Shown one piece after another: positions 19,396 through 30,234 of a stretch of DNA of 64,000 nt. The position numbers and the translations under genes were made by a program. How positions within the stretch are numbered: position 1 is the stretch's first letter; every line of letters begins with the position of its first letter. The stretch comes from Candidatus Poribacteria bacterium (GTDB lineage Bacteria; Poribacteria; WGA-4E; WGA-3G), in assembly GCA_963422705.1 (NCBI GenBank), contig OY730443.1, positions 2,910,956 to 2,974,955 of the forward strand. Reading direction: 5' to 3'. The notes beneath the pieces were generated by a model that worked only from the letters and a program-made list of their open reading frames with translations, made no database searches and had not been told where the DNA came from.

Positions 19396-20322
19396 TTACA
19401 TCAGATAATCTTTATCGTTTCTATAAATGAAAATCTGTTCTTCAGCACTCCCGGCTACCAACTGTTTAAACACGTGGTGTTGTTCTTCCGTAAGTGAGAG
19501 GGGGACGATGCCTTCTACACCGTCGCTTCCGATTTTTGCGGGGACATTCAGGTAAACCGCCGTTTTGCCAGTGGCGAGATAGGTTCCAACACTCATTACC
19601 CGTTTTTTATCGAGCGAAATGGCTGAAATCACTTGCAATAGATAACTTGTCCAGGTATATTCACCGGTTGTTGCTAGTGGAGCTGCCTCGCTAAGGGTTT
19701 GCACGTCAATGTCGGGCAGGAGTTCCGACACCGGTATACCGTTGACGCGACAGTACTGCGGAAGCGGGTACATCTCCCTGTCGTTTCCGATAGCCAGTGC
19801 GGTTACGTCTTTGACAGACAGGTTGAGTTTTTTTGTAATTTGCGAGATGAGATTTGCCGTTCGGGTGGGATTTGGGAGCCCAATAACCCGCTTTTGCGCT
19901 GTGCCAATTGCCTGCTGTACCCAAGCTGCCAGGTAATTTGCGGGTGACAGGGCAACCAATATTTTCGCCTCGGGCGCATGCTGCTGGATGCCCATCAAAA
20001 ACTGCCGTGCAAACGCGATGCTCCTCGTTTTAGATACCTGTAGCGGGTAGGTTCCAATCAGCGGCAGCAGGACAATGATATCTGCGCCTTTGAATCCATC
20101 AGTTGTGGATGCGAAGGAAAGGAGCGTATCACTGGCCCCGATGGCATTTGCCGCAATCAGTTCTTGGACGTTTTTTACAGTTGGCCCGTTCTGTCTCGTA
20201 TATGTGCTCCCCGGCATTATTGCGCCTGACACGAAAGTAATTTCAGTCGCCAATTCGGATTGCCCCACCCCCCAGGCGATAGGCAGTGCCAATTGACTAG
20301 CCCCTAATAAAACGATTTTCAT
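19396..20322 (-). CDS. LDH/MDH-like protein, probably catalytically degenerate
   Basis: 308 aa, collinear by hand alignment with bacterial malate dehydrogenases (KRVIG, LSVKDV, GIP blocks). The GxGxxG motif and the catalytic His appear replaced; see findings. Confidence 0.55.
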   Translation of the reverse strand: MKIVLLGASQLALPIAWGVGQSELATEITFVSGAIMPGSTYTRQNGPTVKNVQELIAANAIGASDTLLSFASTTDGFKGADIIVLLPLIGTYPLQVSKTRSIAFARQFLMGIQQHAPEAKILVALSPANYLAAWVQQAIGTAQKRVIGLPNPTRTANLISQITKKLNLSVKDVTALAIGNDREMYPLPQYCRVNGIPVSELLPDIDVQTLSEAAPLATTGEYTWTSYLLQVISAISLDKKRVMSVGTYLATGKTAVYLNVPAKIGSDGVEGIVPLSLTEEQHHVFKQLVAGSAEEQIFIYRNDKDYLM

Positions 20323-20384
20323 GTAGCGGTTCCTTTGAATTCAGACAAGTGTTGAATTGCGACGTTTCTTACTGATAAATGTCC

Positions 20385-23144
20385 TTATAGCAGCGTTTCA
20401 AGAATTCCCTGAAACTGTTTTTCAAGGTGTTCGCGCTCGCTGTCGATTTCTGCCCCAGCAGCGAATTTCGTGGTGCTGAGCTCCTCGTAGCGTTCAACGT
20501 ACTCCATCAAGGTCTCCACCTCTTTTTCGTAGCAGACGGCGGATGCAAGCACTTTTTCTTTCAGGAATAGAGGGAGTTCCAGGGAGGTAATTTGTGTGAG
20601 TTCCCATCGCCACACCTTTTCAGATAGATAGCTGACAAACCGGTTGAGAGGTTCACCCTTATAATCGGTTGCTTGAAGTACTTTTACCTCTTGGATTAAT
20701 CCGAGCGCGTGATTAAAGAGCTCGTCAGAGAACTCGTTCCTCAACGCCATGAGGCGTCTACCTGTCGTCGATATCGGGAGTTCGTTCTGCAGAAGGAATA
20801 CCCGTAGATTCGGATACTCCTGAATCTGTTTACTATCGGGAAGCCAGGTGTCGCCTATCTCCGGAAGTTCACTCAAATCGAAGCTAAGCACCTGTTGCTT
20901 TCGAATGTCGTCAAGGTTGACGTTTCTCGGGTTGAGTGAGGCAGCAACTAAGGTTGCAATCGCCATTTCCTGCCGGTAAGGTTCGAGAAACGCAATCAGC
21001 TCCGTGACTTTTTCGGTTTCGGCTTCAATCGCGTCAAGGGCTATCGGCTCAGCGGTTTTCGACTGCCTACGCTTTCGCCTTTTGGCGGTTTTAGAGGTAT
21101 TCGTGAGCCGTACTGCCCGCTTCCTAAGCGTCTGTCGATAATTGCACAATTCCGAACCGAGTGCGGCAAGGAGCCCGTCACCATGAATTGCCAACATCTC
21201 ATCCGCCGTGATATCCGCCAATTGGTATCCGGTTTTTGCGATGAGCGCACGATTCAGATTCCGTTCGATTACCCCCCGGTCCTTCTCATTTTGGATGATA
21301 AGCGTGCTGCCTAATGTGAGATTGATTAACCTTCTAGCCTGTTCCGGGACACTGACGTTGATATCGCATGACGGTTCGAATTTCTCAAGCAGTTGTTCCC
21401 GAAGCTTGCCATCAAGGAGTAAGCACCACAGCGTTATATAATACTGCTGCAGGTTATCTGTCGCCGGCGCTTTTTCCACCCAACGCTTTATGTTCTCATA
21501 ATTAGCTTTGACATGCGTCAGGAGCTCGTTAAATTGGACCTCGGCGATTTCAAAACCCGGAAAATCAGCGGGGTTTGTGTGCTGGCCGCGTGGATTGCGC
21601 CGCCGCACTGGTGAGGGCTTGGCGCCTAACAAAATATCAACGAGCGGTTGCATAACCGTTTCAAACGCTTGGTTGTTTTGATTCGTAAAGTTAGCAAGCT
21701 CTAACAATTCCAGCCACACGGTTCTAAAACGTTCAAGCTGTGTCGCATGTAAGCTTGAATGAAGGCCCATGCCCAAGATTTTTTTCCGGACGGACGCACG
21801 CGTCCATTCCGGTAGATAGAGCTGTTCAATGTGCTCCGCATTCTCGAAAGTTAAGAGTTCAACGCGTTTCACGAGCCCGGGCGCTATGAAGTCCGTCTCA
21901 AACACCAGTTCATGGAAGAGGGCAGCAGCTCTGTCTAACATCTGATTCGTCAATGTATAGCAAGATTGAATGAGGAGGTTCAAGGTAAGTTGTTGGTTCT
22001 CCTCCAACTGCCAAAATTCCAGCATCGGGTCAATGTGCGCTGTGAGTGTCTCTATTTGTGCCTTTGTGACATCCTCTTCAAAATGTTCAGCGAGGTAGCC
22101 AGCATAGAAATCCACAAATGTCATGATGGTATTTCGTAATTCAGAGACAACCAGTTCATCCCATACCTTATTGTGAACCCGTTGTCCAGGGCTGAGTACA
22201 AGGGCTCGCAAACGGGTTTCAACACCTTGTTGGAACCGTGTCATCAGTTGGTAGGCATTCTCACTTGCCTTTTCCATGTAAGTCTCAATTTTTTCTGAAC
22301 TGTTGGCAATCACCTCCTGAATCTTTTCCGCTGGGGCAGTGAAGGCAATAGGGACAAGGCGAAGTGCCTCCGGTTCAAATGGATTGTAAACTGCGGCCGT
22401 TGGGAGGACATCTAAAGCATTACCGTTAGCGCTCTCCTTCAAACCGGTTTGAAGAGTTAAGCTGTATTCCAAATCGACGAGGTCAGGGTACTGCTTAATA
22501 TGCGTCCTGAGAACGACAAGCAGAACGTCATGCCGAGCCTCCTCAATGGTATTACGGAGAATATCTTCATTGAGATGTAGCTGGTGGATATGCGTCTGTT
22601 CGGGGATGATGACGGTTGCTAGCGGAACCTCATCGGTGTTTTCACCCACATTTTGGGCGAGGATATACCCGCCGGTTTTCAGAGTGCTCGGAACAGCCAA
22701 GCGGACTTGTAAGATTTCCTGGGCGAGCTCGGAAAGGGTCATTGCCCTGCCTAAGTGTTGAACAGTAATGTCGGTAACAACGCCGTCGGCGAAATCGGTA
22801 ATCTGCCGCGCATTGCGCTCTAATTCCTGTATCTTTTTATGAACGCGATTGTGTTCGTCCGGTGTTTCTGCCGTTGTTTTGGCCTCGTCAATCCAAGAGG
22901 CCCAGGCGCCGGGGCGCGGTTTCATTTTAACGCTCACGGCACCATCTTGCGAATCGAAGCCCGGAAGAATTTCGCCTTCGGAGGTTTGCTTGGGTGTCCA
23001 AATAATGAGATGTTTGTCGGCTTTGGCACCAAGCGCTATTCCGAAGGTATCTCCCCAACTCATTCTGCCTTCAACACTAGATTTGATTTTGTCAGTGAGC
23101 GCGAAAAGCGAATCTGAATGAAAATTAAGTGATAAACCTTGCAT
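20385..23144 (-). CDS. large hypothetical protein (919 aa, no recognisable domain)
   Basis: Long uninterrupted ORF with helix-rich composition. No P-loop, nuclease, TM or signal motif seen by eye. Confidence 0.6.
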   Translation of the reverse strand: MQGLSLNFHSDSLFALTDKIKSSVEGRMSWGDTFGIALGAKADKHLIIWTPKQTSEGEILPGFDSQDGAVSVKMKPRPGAWASWIDEAKTTAETPDEHNRVHKKIQELERNARQITDFADGVVTDITVQHLGRAMTLSELAQEILQVRLAVPSTLKTGGYILAQNVGENTDEVPLATVIIPEQTHIHQLHLNEDILRNTIEEARHDVLLVVLRTHIKQYPDLVDLEYSLTLQTGLKESANGNALDVLPTAAVYNPFEPEALRLVPIAFTAPAEKIQEVIANSSEKIETYMEKASENAYQLMTRFQQGVETRLRALVLSPGQRVHNKVWDELVVSELRNTIMTFVDFYAGYLAEHFEEDVTKAQIETLTAHIDPMLEFWQLEENQQLTLNLLIQSCYTLTNQMLDRAAALFHELVFETDFIAPGLVKRVELLTFENAEHIEQLYLPEWTRASVRKKILGMGLHSSLHATQLERFRTVWLELLELANFTNQNNQAFETVMQPLVDILLGAKPSPVRRRNPRGQHTNPADFPGFEIAEVQFNELLTHVKANYENIKRWVEKAPATDNLQQYYITLWCLLLDGKLREQLLEKFEPSCDINVSVPEQARRLINLTLGSTLIIQNEKDRGVIERNLNRALIAKTGYQLADITADEMLAIHGDGLLAALGSELCNYRQTLRKRAVRLTNTSKTAKRRKRRQSKTAEPIALDAIEAETEKVTELIAFLEPYRQEMAIATLVAASLNPRNVNLDDIRKQQVLSFDLSELPEIGDTWLPDSKQIQEYPNLRVFLLQNELPISTTGRRLMALRNEFSDELFNHALGLIQEVKVLQATDYKGEPLNRFVSYLSEKVWRWELTQITSLELPLFLKEKVLASAVCYEKEVETLMEYVERYEELSTTKFAAGAEIDSEREHLEKQFQGILETLL

Positions 23145-23481
23145 TGGGTTGATTCAATTACTTTTTGAAATCAGGGCCATAGCCGCTCCGATGAGATAGA
23201 CAGGCCACAGTTCACACTGAGGTAGCTTTAACGCTACCCGATAAAAAAATGGATTGGCTGCTTGAAAGCAACGGCAATACGCTGCAGTGGCAGCTAAAAC
23301 GATTATAGGAAATTTAAAAAGTCAATAGGCAACACCAAAAATCAGTGATATGGCGCGCATCCAAAGTACCTCTAGTTAGATAGGGACACCAAGTTTCATA
23401 CGCCGTCAGCCTTATCGTTATCGTTATCGTTTTTGCAAACGAAATAGCGGTTTTGCCTTCAATCTTCAATTACGTTATTCT

Positions 23482-24045
23482 TTAGATATCAAGCCCCCAT
23501 ACATCCCAGCCTGGGTTGTGTTTTCGAGCGAAAAGTTCAATTTTCAGGTGATGTGGAAACATTTTCTCAATCCGTTTTCGAACGGCATCAGGCTTTTCAG
23601 AATGACGAGTACGTTTCACACGCACCAATTGTCGGATATTTCTAGCACCTCTCGGTTGTGGAATTTTACCGCGTTTGAAGACAAGGCATAATTCGCATTG
23701 ACTCATCGTATAGAAGCCGGGGTTTACGGCCAGTTTATCCCAGACGAAAGCAACGGTTGCCCACTTAAACCCCCAAGCGGAGCCGAGTTCGATTGCCTGT
23801 GGCAGATGTGGCGACGAACTCCACATAAAAAGAAGACAATTTCCTTTGCATATTGCCGGGATATCCCATTCCCCCATTTCTGAAACGGGGACGGTAGGAT
23901 AGTGTAGAACCGCCCCGCCGCTATCTCGCCCCCCGATACCTGTGTGTTGGAGTTGTCCCTTGTAGTCCCAGGGTGGGTCGGCGTATATGATATCATACTG
24001 TTTATCCGGAAGTGTGACAGATACTGGCACTATCTTGTCTTTCAT
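23482..24045 (-). CDS. MT-A70 family N6-adenine DNA methyltransferase
   Basis: 187 aa with the catalytic DPPW motif in IIYADPPWDY and a downstream SEKP motif. Confidence 0.85.
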   Translation of the reverse strand: MKDKIVPVSVTLPDKQYDIIYADPPWDYKGQLQHTGIGGRDSGGAVLHYPTVPVSEMGEWDIPAICKGNCLLFMWSSSPHLPQAIELGSAWGFKWATVAFVWDKLAVNPGFYTMSQCELCLVFKRGKIPQPRGARNIRQLVRVKRTRHSEKPDAVRKRIEKMFPHHLKIELFARKHNPGWDVWGLDI

Positions 24046-24077
24046 AAAAGCGATTTTTCGCCCGTTCCGATGGCATT

Positions 24078-24626
24078 CTACTTGGCTTCTACACTCAGCC
24101 CCTCTTGCGGTATATTATTGTTTTCCACCAGCATATCCCGGTTAAAGATGAAGTCGCTGCGAGAACTTCCGAGGCTTTCTTCACCTTTCTGGCGTTCCCG
24201 GAAATATTGGGGAAGTGTGAGCCCCGTCATGCGGATAGCGTCTTCGGGACATGCTTCAACGCAATACCCGCAAAAGATGCAGCGTAGCATATTGATTTCA
24301 AAGACGTCCGGATATTTCTCGCGTTGATAACCCTCCCTCGTCACCCAGCCTTCAGGGGCCTGTGCTGCTTGAATCGTGATACAGTCCGCAGGACACGCCG
24401 TCGCGCATAAGAAGCAGGCGACGCACTTAATCTCATCCTTCTCGGTTACCGTCAATTTGTGAATTCCGCGATACCGCTCGTTCCGTTCGTTGACACTTCT
24501 CACATCTTCAGGATACTGGTACGTTAGTTTCTTCTTTGGTAGATGTTTTAGGGTGGTGAACATTCCCTTAATAAGGGCGGGGATATAAAGTCTATCCCAA
24601 AATGACATTTCTTCGTTAACTTTCAT
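24078..24626 (-). CDS. nuoI: NADH-quinone oxidoreductase subunit I-like 2x[4Fe-4S] ferredoxin
   Basis: Two CxxCxxCxxxCP motifs (CVACFLCATACP, CIFCGYCVEACP) and a NuoI-like N-terminus (..QYPEDV..RYRGIH). Confidence 0.8.
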   Translation of the reverse strand: MKVNEEMSFWDRLYIPALIKGMFTTLKHLPKKKLTYQYPEDVRSVNERNERYRGIHKLTVTEKDEIKCVACFLCATACPADCITIQAAQAPEGWVTREGYQREKYPDVFEINMLRCIFCGYCVEACPEDAIRMTGLTLPQYFRERQKGEESLGSSRSDFIFNRDMLVENNNIPQEGLSVEAK

Positions 24627-24688
24627 AGCAGTGCTCCTTTCAACTTCAAAGATTTCGGGAAATGTGAGGTAACCGCTGGAGTTCCTTG

Positions 24689-26188
24689 TTAATTAGCGAG
24701 GGTGGCTACGGTGTAGTTAGGGGCTTCCTCGGTAATGTCAATGTCGTGCGGATGGCTTTCGCGGTAGCCACTGCTTGACATGCGTACGAATTGGCTATCT
24801 CTACGTAAAGATTCAATATCAGGGGTGCCACAATAGCCCATCGCAGAACGAATTCCCCCAACGAGTTGATAGACGAAGTTGCTCAATTTGCCTTTGTGGG
24901 GGACTCTGCCCTCAATACCCCTGGGGACGAGCTTTGAAACATCTTCGCCGATTTGCTCCGGATGTTGCGTCCCGCGCTTCCGGAGCGCGCCGAGAGAGCC
25001 CATGCCTCTATGCATCTTGTAGGTGCGCCCCTGATAGATAATTGTGGCGCCCGGACTTTCATCAGTGCCCGCGAATAGACTCCCTATCATCACCGAGCTC
25101 GCACCTGCACCAATTGCCTTGGCGATGTCTCCGGAATACCGGATGCCGCCGTCGGCGATAATCGGGATACCATGTTTGTCCCCTTCCTCAGCGCAATCGT
25201 ATATCGCCGTGATTTGCGGGATACTGACGCCAGTGATGACACGCGTTGTACAAATAGAACCGGGACCGACACCGACTTTGATGGCATCTGCACCGGCTTC
25301 TATTAGGCTTCGCGCGCCTTCCGACGTCACTACGTTTCCTGAAACCAGTTCTACATCCGGAAATTCGGATTTAACGAATTCTGTAGCGCGAATAACGTTT
25401 TTAGAATGTCCGTGTGCCGTATCCAGTACAAGAACATCTACATCCGCTTCAACCAGCTGCGCCACGTCATCCAGCGACGTTGATGGCTGTATCGCTGCCC
25501 CGACGCGAAGACGGCCAGATTTATCCTTACACGCATGCGGGAACTGTTGGACTTTGTCAATGTCCTTAATCGTGATGAGCCCACAAAGATGAAAACGAGA
25601 GTCAACGATGGGAAGTTTTTCCTTACGGGATTCGTGAAGAATCCGCTTCGCCTTTTCAAGCGTAATGCCCGGCGATGCCGTCATCAGCTTGTCACCAGGC
25701 GTCATCCGTTCAGTGACGGGTAAATCCAGATTCTCTTCATATTTAAGGTCACGATTGGTAATCAACCCGACTAAATATCCTTCTTGTGTGACGACAGGTA
25801 CTCCCCCGATACGGTATCTCGCAGTTAATTCCAGTGCGTCGCGAATCGTCTTGTCCGGGGTGAGCGTAATTGCAGAGGTAATCATTCCACTCTCGGAACG
25901 CTTGACGCGGTCCACCTCAGATACCTGTTCTTCAATGCTACAATTATAGTGAATGATTCCGATGCCCCCCTCTCTTGCGATTGCGATGGCGAGGGTTGAC
26001 TCTGTGACAGTGTCCATCGGCGCACTGCTGAGGGGAACGTTCAGGCGGAGTTTGCGCGTGAACTGCGTACGGGTATCCACATCGACAGGGAGCAATTCCG
26101 ATGCCGCCGGAATTAGCAAAACATCGTCAAAAGTCAACCCTTCTTTTGCAAATTTTTTGGGGAAAGTATCGGAAATTTTGGTGTCCAT
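24689..26188 (-). CDS. guaB: IMP dehydrogenase
   Basis: Blocks [10 protein letters not shown], a CBS pair, [11 protein letters not shown] (catalytic Cys loop) and GGIRYSGD. I start at the internal Met (MDTKISD). Confidence 0.95.
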   Translation of the reverse strand: MDTKISDTFPKKFAKEGLTFDDVLLIPAASELLPVDVDTRTQFTRKLRLNVPLSSAPMDTVTESTLAIAIAREGGIGIIHYNCSIEEQVSEVDRVKRSESGMITSAITLTPDKTIRDALELTARYRIGGVPVVTQEGYLVGLITNRDLKYEENLDLPVTERMTPGDKLMTASPGITLEKAKRILHESRKEKLPIVDSRFHLCGLITIKDIDKVQQFPHACKDKSGRLRVGAAIQPSTSLDDVAQLVEADVDVLVLDTAHGHSKNVIRATEFVKSEFPDVELVSGNVVTSEGARSLIEAGADAIKVGVGPGSICTTRVITGVSIPQITAIYDCAEEGDKHGIPIIADGGIRYSGDIAKAIGAGASSVMIGSLFAGTDESPGATIIYQGRTYKMHRGMGSLGALRKRGTQHPEQIGEDVSKLVPRGIEGRVPHKGKLSNFVYQLVGGIRSAMGYCGTPDIESLRRDSQFVRMSSSGYRESHPHDIDITEEAPNYTVATLAN

Positions 26189-26815
26189 TGGAATCAACTC
26201 CTTAAAAGGCAAGATACGAGAAAGTCTCCAGTGAGATAGATACGGCAAAACCAAACCACTGAAATGAGCACCGGCATTCGTAGCCTTGATTCACCTGCTT
26301 ATCGCTACTGTCTAAAAAAAATGCAAACTATAATACATGATAGCACATTTTCTTTTTTGTGTCAAACTATTTCTGATTTTGATTTTCCCCAAACACGATA
26401 AGCCTTTCCCCAATCAGCGGTTGCAAAAGTATAGGCATAACTTATGCTAAAATTGTAAAGCAAACCGCAAATTATGTCAATGATTCAGTTTGGCATCTCA
26501 AGAGGGAATTGTCAACGAGTTCGGTTTTTTCCGCCGCGTGAATCTCTCTCTAATGATAATTGAGACTCAGCCAAAAACGGAATTTTTCGCAATCCTTCTC
26601 ACCGATGTGAACGGAACTGCCAAACGGATGGCATCGAAATCTGCGGAGTACCGAAGAACGAAAATACGGATATCGGTGCAAATGCCCTGTGTGAGGCAGC
26701 GCTTGCAACAGAGACACTTGCGGATAACGTTTTAAACTTGCCACAGAACGACTATCCTCTTCAAAATAAAAACCGCAACAATCTGGAGTTGTGCTAAAAT
26801 TTCAGTACTTTAAAA

Positions 26816-26845
26816 AACAGGGCTTGATAAAACAGGGCTTGATAA
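26816..26845. repeat. 2 x 15-nt tandem direct repeat AACAGGGCTTGATAA
   Basis: Read directly, about 35 nt upstream of the Gfo/Idh/MocA gene. Each unit contains a TTGATA -35-like hexamer. Confidence 0.9.
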
Positions 26846-26880
26846 ATTTTGTGAAACGGTAGAAAAAGGAAAGCCATACG

Positions 26881-27933
26881 ATGAATATGAAAGAAAATTT
26901 AAACGTCGGTATTGTTGGGCTAGGCTGGGTTGCGGGGGCACACATTGAGACGTTCAAAACCGTTCAAGGGGGTGCAGTTACGGCTATCTGCTCACGGCGT
27001 GAGCACAATGAAGCGGAACTCGCAGCAACGTACGGGACACCCTTAAAAGCCTATACTGACTATGAAGAGATGCTCGCTGACCCGGATATTGACATTGTTG
27101 ATATCTGCACGCCGCATCCATTCCATGCGGCACAATCAATCGCAGCAGCGGAAGCCGGAAAGCATCTGATTATTGAAAAACCGCTCTGTCTCACCTATGA
27201 AGACGCCAAAGCGATTCGAGATGCGGTAAAAAAGGCGGGAGTGCATGTATGCGTCTGTTTCGAGTGCCGCTACAGCGCACATTTTACCATGATTCGTTCC
27301 GTCATTGATAATGGACTGCTCGGCGAACTCCACTACGCCGAAGTTGATTACTACCATGGGATTGGAACCTGGTACGGGCAGTACGAGTGGAATATCAAAA
27401 AAGATTTTGGCGGGAGTACCCTCCTAACGGCGGGATGCCACGCACTTGACGCGCTCCTCTTCTTTATGGATGGGAAGGTTGAAGAAGTCACGAGTTATCA
27501 TACGCAATCCGCCGGCCAGGTATTCAAACCGTACGAGTACAAGACGACGAGTGTGAGCCTCCTTAAATTTGAAGGCGGCCATAAAATTGGGAAGGTGACA
27601 TCGTGTATTGACTGCCTACAGCCTTACTACTTCCACATTCACCTTGTCGGAAGTGAAGGCAGCCTCTTAGACAACCGTATCTATTCGGCGAAAATTAAGG
27701 GGATGGACAAGAACCGGTGGAGCACACTTGAGACATCGCTAATTGACTCCGGTGATGTCAGTGAGCACCCTTATGAGCCGCAGTTCCAAGCATTTATCGA
27801 CGGTATTAACAAGGATGAACCGATGCCTCTAACGGATTTTGACACGGCGTTTGAGTCGCACCGCGTCGTTTTCGCGGCGGATATGTCCGCGGAAGACGGG
27901 GGCAGAACCGTAAAGTTACCCGAATTGGTGTAG
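26881..27933 (+). CDS. Gfo/Idh/MocA family oxidoreductase
   Basis: N-terminal Rossmann [13 protein letters not shown] and an EKP motif (IIEKPL). Confidence 0.85.
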   Translation: MNMKENLNVGIVGLGWVAGAHIETFKTVQGGAVTAICSRREHNEAELAATYGTPLKAYTDYEEMLADPDIDIVDICTPHPFHAAQSIAAAEAGKHLIIEKPLCLTYEDAKAIRDAVKKAGVHVCVCFECRYSAHFTMIRSVIDNGLLGELHYAEVDYYHGIGTWYGQYEWNIKKDFGGSTLLTAGCHALDALLFFMDGKVEEVTSYHTQSAGQVFKPYEYKTTSVSLLKFEGGHKIGKVTSCIDCLQPYYFHIHLVGSEGSLLDNRIYSAKIKGMDKNRWSTLETSLIDSGDVSEHPYEPQFQAFIDGINKDEPMPLTDFDTAFESHRVVFAADMSAEDGGRTVKLPELV

Positions 27934-28004
27934 GCAATTTTTGCCCGGCGGCAATTTTTGCCCGGCGGCTATTCCTACCCGGTTTGCGAAGGGGACTCCC
28001 ACAT

Positions 28005-28592
28005 CTACCAACGCATTGCAGCCTCGCGATAGAGTTTAACCTGTTCCATCTTACGAGGTATCGCGACATGGATAGATTTCCGCTTCCGCTCCGCCGCTTT
28101 AAGTATAATAGGCGCGCGGAGCATATTTGTCATGGTGACAAGACGCGATTGATAGAAAATCCAGGCCCGCTGTTCGGTGTAAGGGTTAAGAAGATATTCG
28201 AGGGGCTGCCCGTGGAATTCTGAATCCTCACGGCATGGAAACAGGGAATAAGTAGGATATGAGAGCTCAACACTTCTGTCGTCGCCCTGTAAAAACAGTT
28301 TTTCAGGGGGACGTTTCGGCGAATAACCGCTCAGTTTACAGGTACGAAATCGGATAGGCGCCCCTGATTTATTAACCAGGTGAAGCGACACGACTATAGC
28401 GAGACGGTGATTGTCATCGCGGTTGATGAACCACGTATCTTCAGGGATAATTTCTACCGTTAACCCTTGAATTTGCCGTTTTTTGTGATAGACGACAGCC
28501 AAGATAATAAAAGAGAGGATACCGAGTAGAACCCACTGTCCAGTGGGGGTAGATAGGAATTGTACCAGTTGCTTTAACGCTTGTTGTAACAC
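28005..28592 (-). CDS. hypothetical membrane protein
   Basis: One TM helix (WVLLGILSFIILAVV). I propose the GTG start at 28592, preceded by GGAG and overlapping the tsaC stop by 19 nt. The track start at 28646 overlaps tsaC more deeply. Confidence 0.4.
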   Translation of the reverse strand: MLQQALKQLVQFLSTPTGQWVLLGILSFIILAVVYHKKRQIQGLTVEIIPEDTWFINRDDNHRLAIVVSLHLVNKSGAPIRFRTCKLSGYSPKRPPEKLFLQGDDRSVELSYPTYSLFPCREDSEFHGQPLEYLLNPYTEQRAWIFYQSRLVTMTNMLRAPIILKAAERKRKSIHVAIPRKMEQVKLYREAAMRW

Positions 28593-29182
28593 GCGAACTC
28601 CTTGGCGAGACGTTCTGCAGAAATGACACCGGGGCGGCGAATACACGGGGGCGAGACAGAAATATCGTAGACGGTTGATGGAACGGGCCCGGGGGTTTTA
28701 CCCCCATCAACGAACAGGTCAATTTTGTTTCTCAGTTCGGCGCCGATTTCTTCGACGGAAGTGGCTGGCAGGGCACCGGAGAGATTGGCGCTGGTGATTG
28801 CCATAGCCCCCCCGAACTCTTGTAGGATTTCCAAAAGCAGCGCGTGGTTCGGAATCCTGATGCCGACAGTATCCCCGCCAGCTGTAAGAATGGGCAGGAG
28901 ATTTTTTGCTTCAACAACGATTGTCAAACCGCCCGGCCAAAAACGTTCCGTGAGATGAAAAAAGAAGCCTGGAAGGTTTTGGGCAACTTGCTCGACATCA
29001 GCGACTGTGCCGAGTACAAGCGGGATAGGTTTATCTTCCGGGCGCCCCTTCAACGTGTAGAGCTTTTGCACCGCCTCTGCATTAAAAGCATCCACACCCA
29101 CTCCGTATACGGTATCCGTAGGGAGCGCCAAGATACCGCCAGCCGTGAGATATTCAGAGGCTGTTTGTGCTAAGTTTTGCAT
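28574..29182 (-). CDS. tsaC: L-threonylcarbamoyladenylate synthase (YrdC/Sua5 domain)
   Basis: LPTDTVYGVGVDAFN, KGRPEDKP and SANLSG blocks. Confidence 0.9.
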   Translation of the reverse strand: MQNLAQTASEYLTAGGILALPTDTVYGVGVDAFNAEAVQKLYTLKGRPEDKPIPLVLGTVADVEQVAQNLPGFFFHLTERFWPGGLTIVVEAKNLLPILTAGGDTVGIRIPNHALLLEILQEFGGAMAITSANLSGALPATSVEEIGAELRNKIDLFVDGGKTPGPVPSTVYDISVSPPCIRRPGVISAERLAKEFACYNKR

Positions 29183-29235
29183 ATTTCCCGCGCTTTTATT
29201 CAGAGTTACATTAGAAACATCTCGCCTAATTCCAT

Positions 29236-30234
29236 TTATGCAACAACCAGAGAACCGTTAGCGGCGGCGTTGAGCGCAAGCCCATCTCGAACCCCTTGCC
29301 GATATTTATGATAAGCGAGCCCAGCAATCATCGCCCCATTATCGGTGCACAGTGAAATTGGCGGATAGTAGACGTTGGCGCCGATATCTTCGGCGGCTGT
29401 TTTTAGAGAGGCACGCAATTGACTGTTGGCCGCGACGCCGCCTGTCAAGGTTATCGCGCGCGCGCCGTTCTCCTTCGCGGCACGAACGGTTTTATAGACA
29501 AGCACATCTACGACAGCGGCTTGGAAACTCGCGGCGATATCTTCGACGCAAACCTGATGCGCTTTCTCCACAAAATAACGCACAGACGTCTTAATACCGC
29601 TAAAACTAAACCGGTAGTCCCCACTATTTCGCAACGGACGCGGAAATTCTATTGCACCCGGTTCTCCTTTTTGCGCCAATTCGTCAATGATGCGCCCTCC
29701 CGGGAAACCAAGTCCAAGGTATTTCGCGACTTTATCATAAACTTCACCCGCAGCATCGTCCTCTGTACTGCCTAATACCTTGTATTTCCACCCTTCATAA
29801 ACCTCTACGAGCAGGGTGTGCCCCCCGGATACCGTGAGGCAAATATGCGGAAACGGCAGGGTATCGTGTACCATAAAATTTGCGTAGATATGCCCTTCAA
29901 TATGATTAATCCCGAGTAAGGGCAGGTTGTGGGAGTACGCGAGGCTTTTCGCTGATGCAACACCTACAAGCAGCGCCCCGATTAAGCCCGGCCTATTCGT
30001 AACGGCGACGGCGCCTAAATTGTCGAAAGAGACATCCGCTTCCGTCATCGCCCGATTCACGATGTAGTTAATCACTTCAATGTGTTTGCGGGATGCCAAT
30101 TCCGGAACAATCCCCCCGTATTCGCTGTGCTCTTCAATCTGTGAAGCAATAACGTTGGAGAGGAGCGCCCGGCCGTCTTTAACGACGGCGGCAGCCGTTT
30201 CATCACAAGAGGTATCAATACCGAGGATTTTCAT
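29236..30234 (-). CDS. tsaD: tRNA N6-adenosine threonylcarbamoyltransferase
   Basis: ILGIDTSCDETAAAV, HIEGH and GGVAAN blocks typical of TsaD/Gcp. Confidence 0.95.
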   Translation of the reverse strand: MKILGIDTSCDETAAAVVKDGRALLSNVIASQIEEHSEYGGIVPELASRKHIEVINYIVNRAMTEADVSFDNLGAVAVTNRPGLIGALLVGVASAKSLAYSHNLPLLGINHIEGHIYANFMVHDTLPFPHICLTVSGGHTLLVEVYEGWKYKVLGSTEDDAAGEVYDKVAKYLGLGFPGGRIIDELAQKGEPGAIEFPRPLRNSGDYRFSFSGIKTSVRYFVEKAHQVCVEDIAASFQAAVVDVLVYKTVRAAKENGARAITLTGGVAANSQLRASLKTAAEDIGANVYYPPISLCTDNGAMIAGLAYHKYRQGVRDGLALNAAANGSLVVA

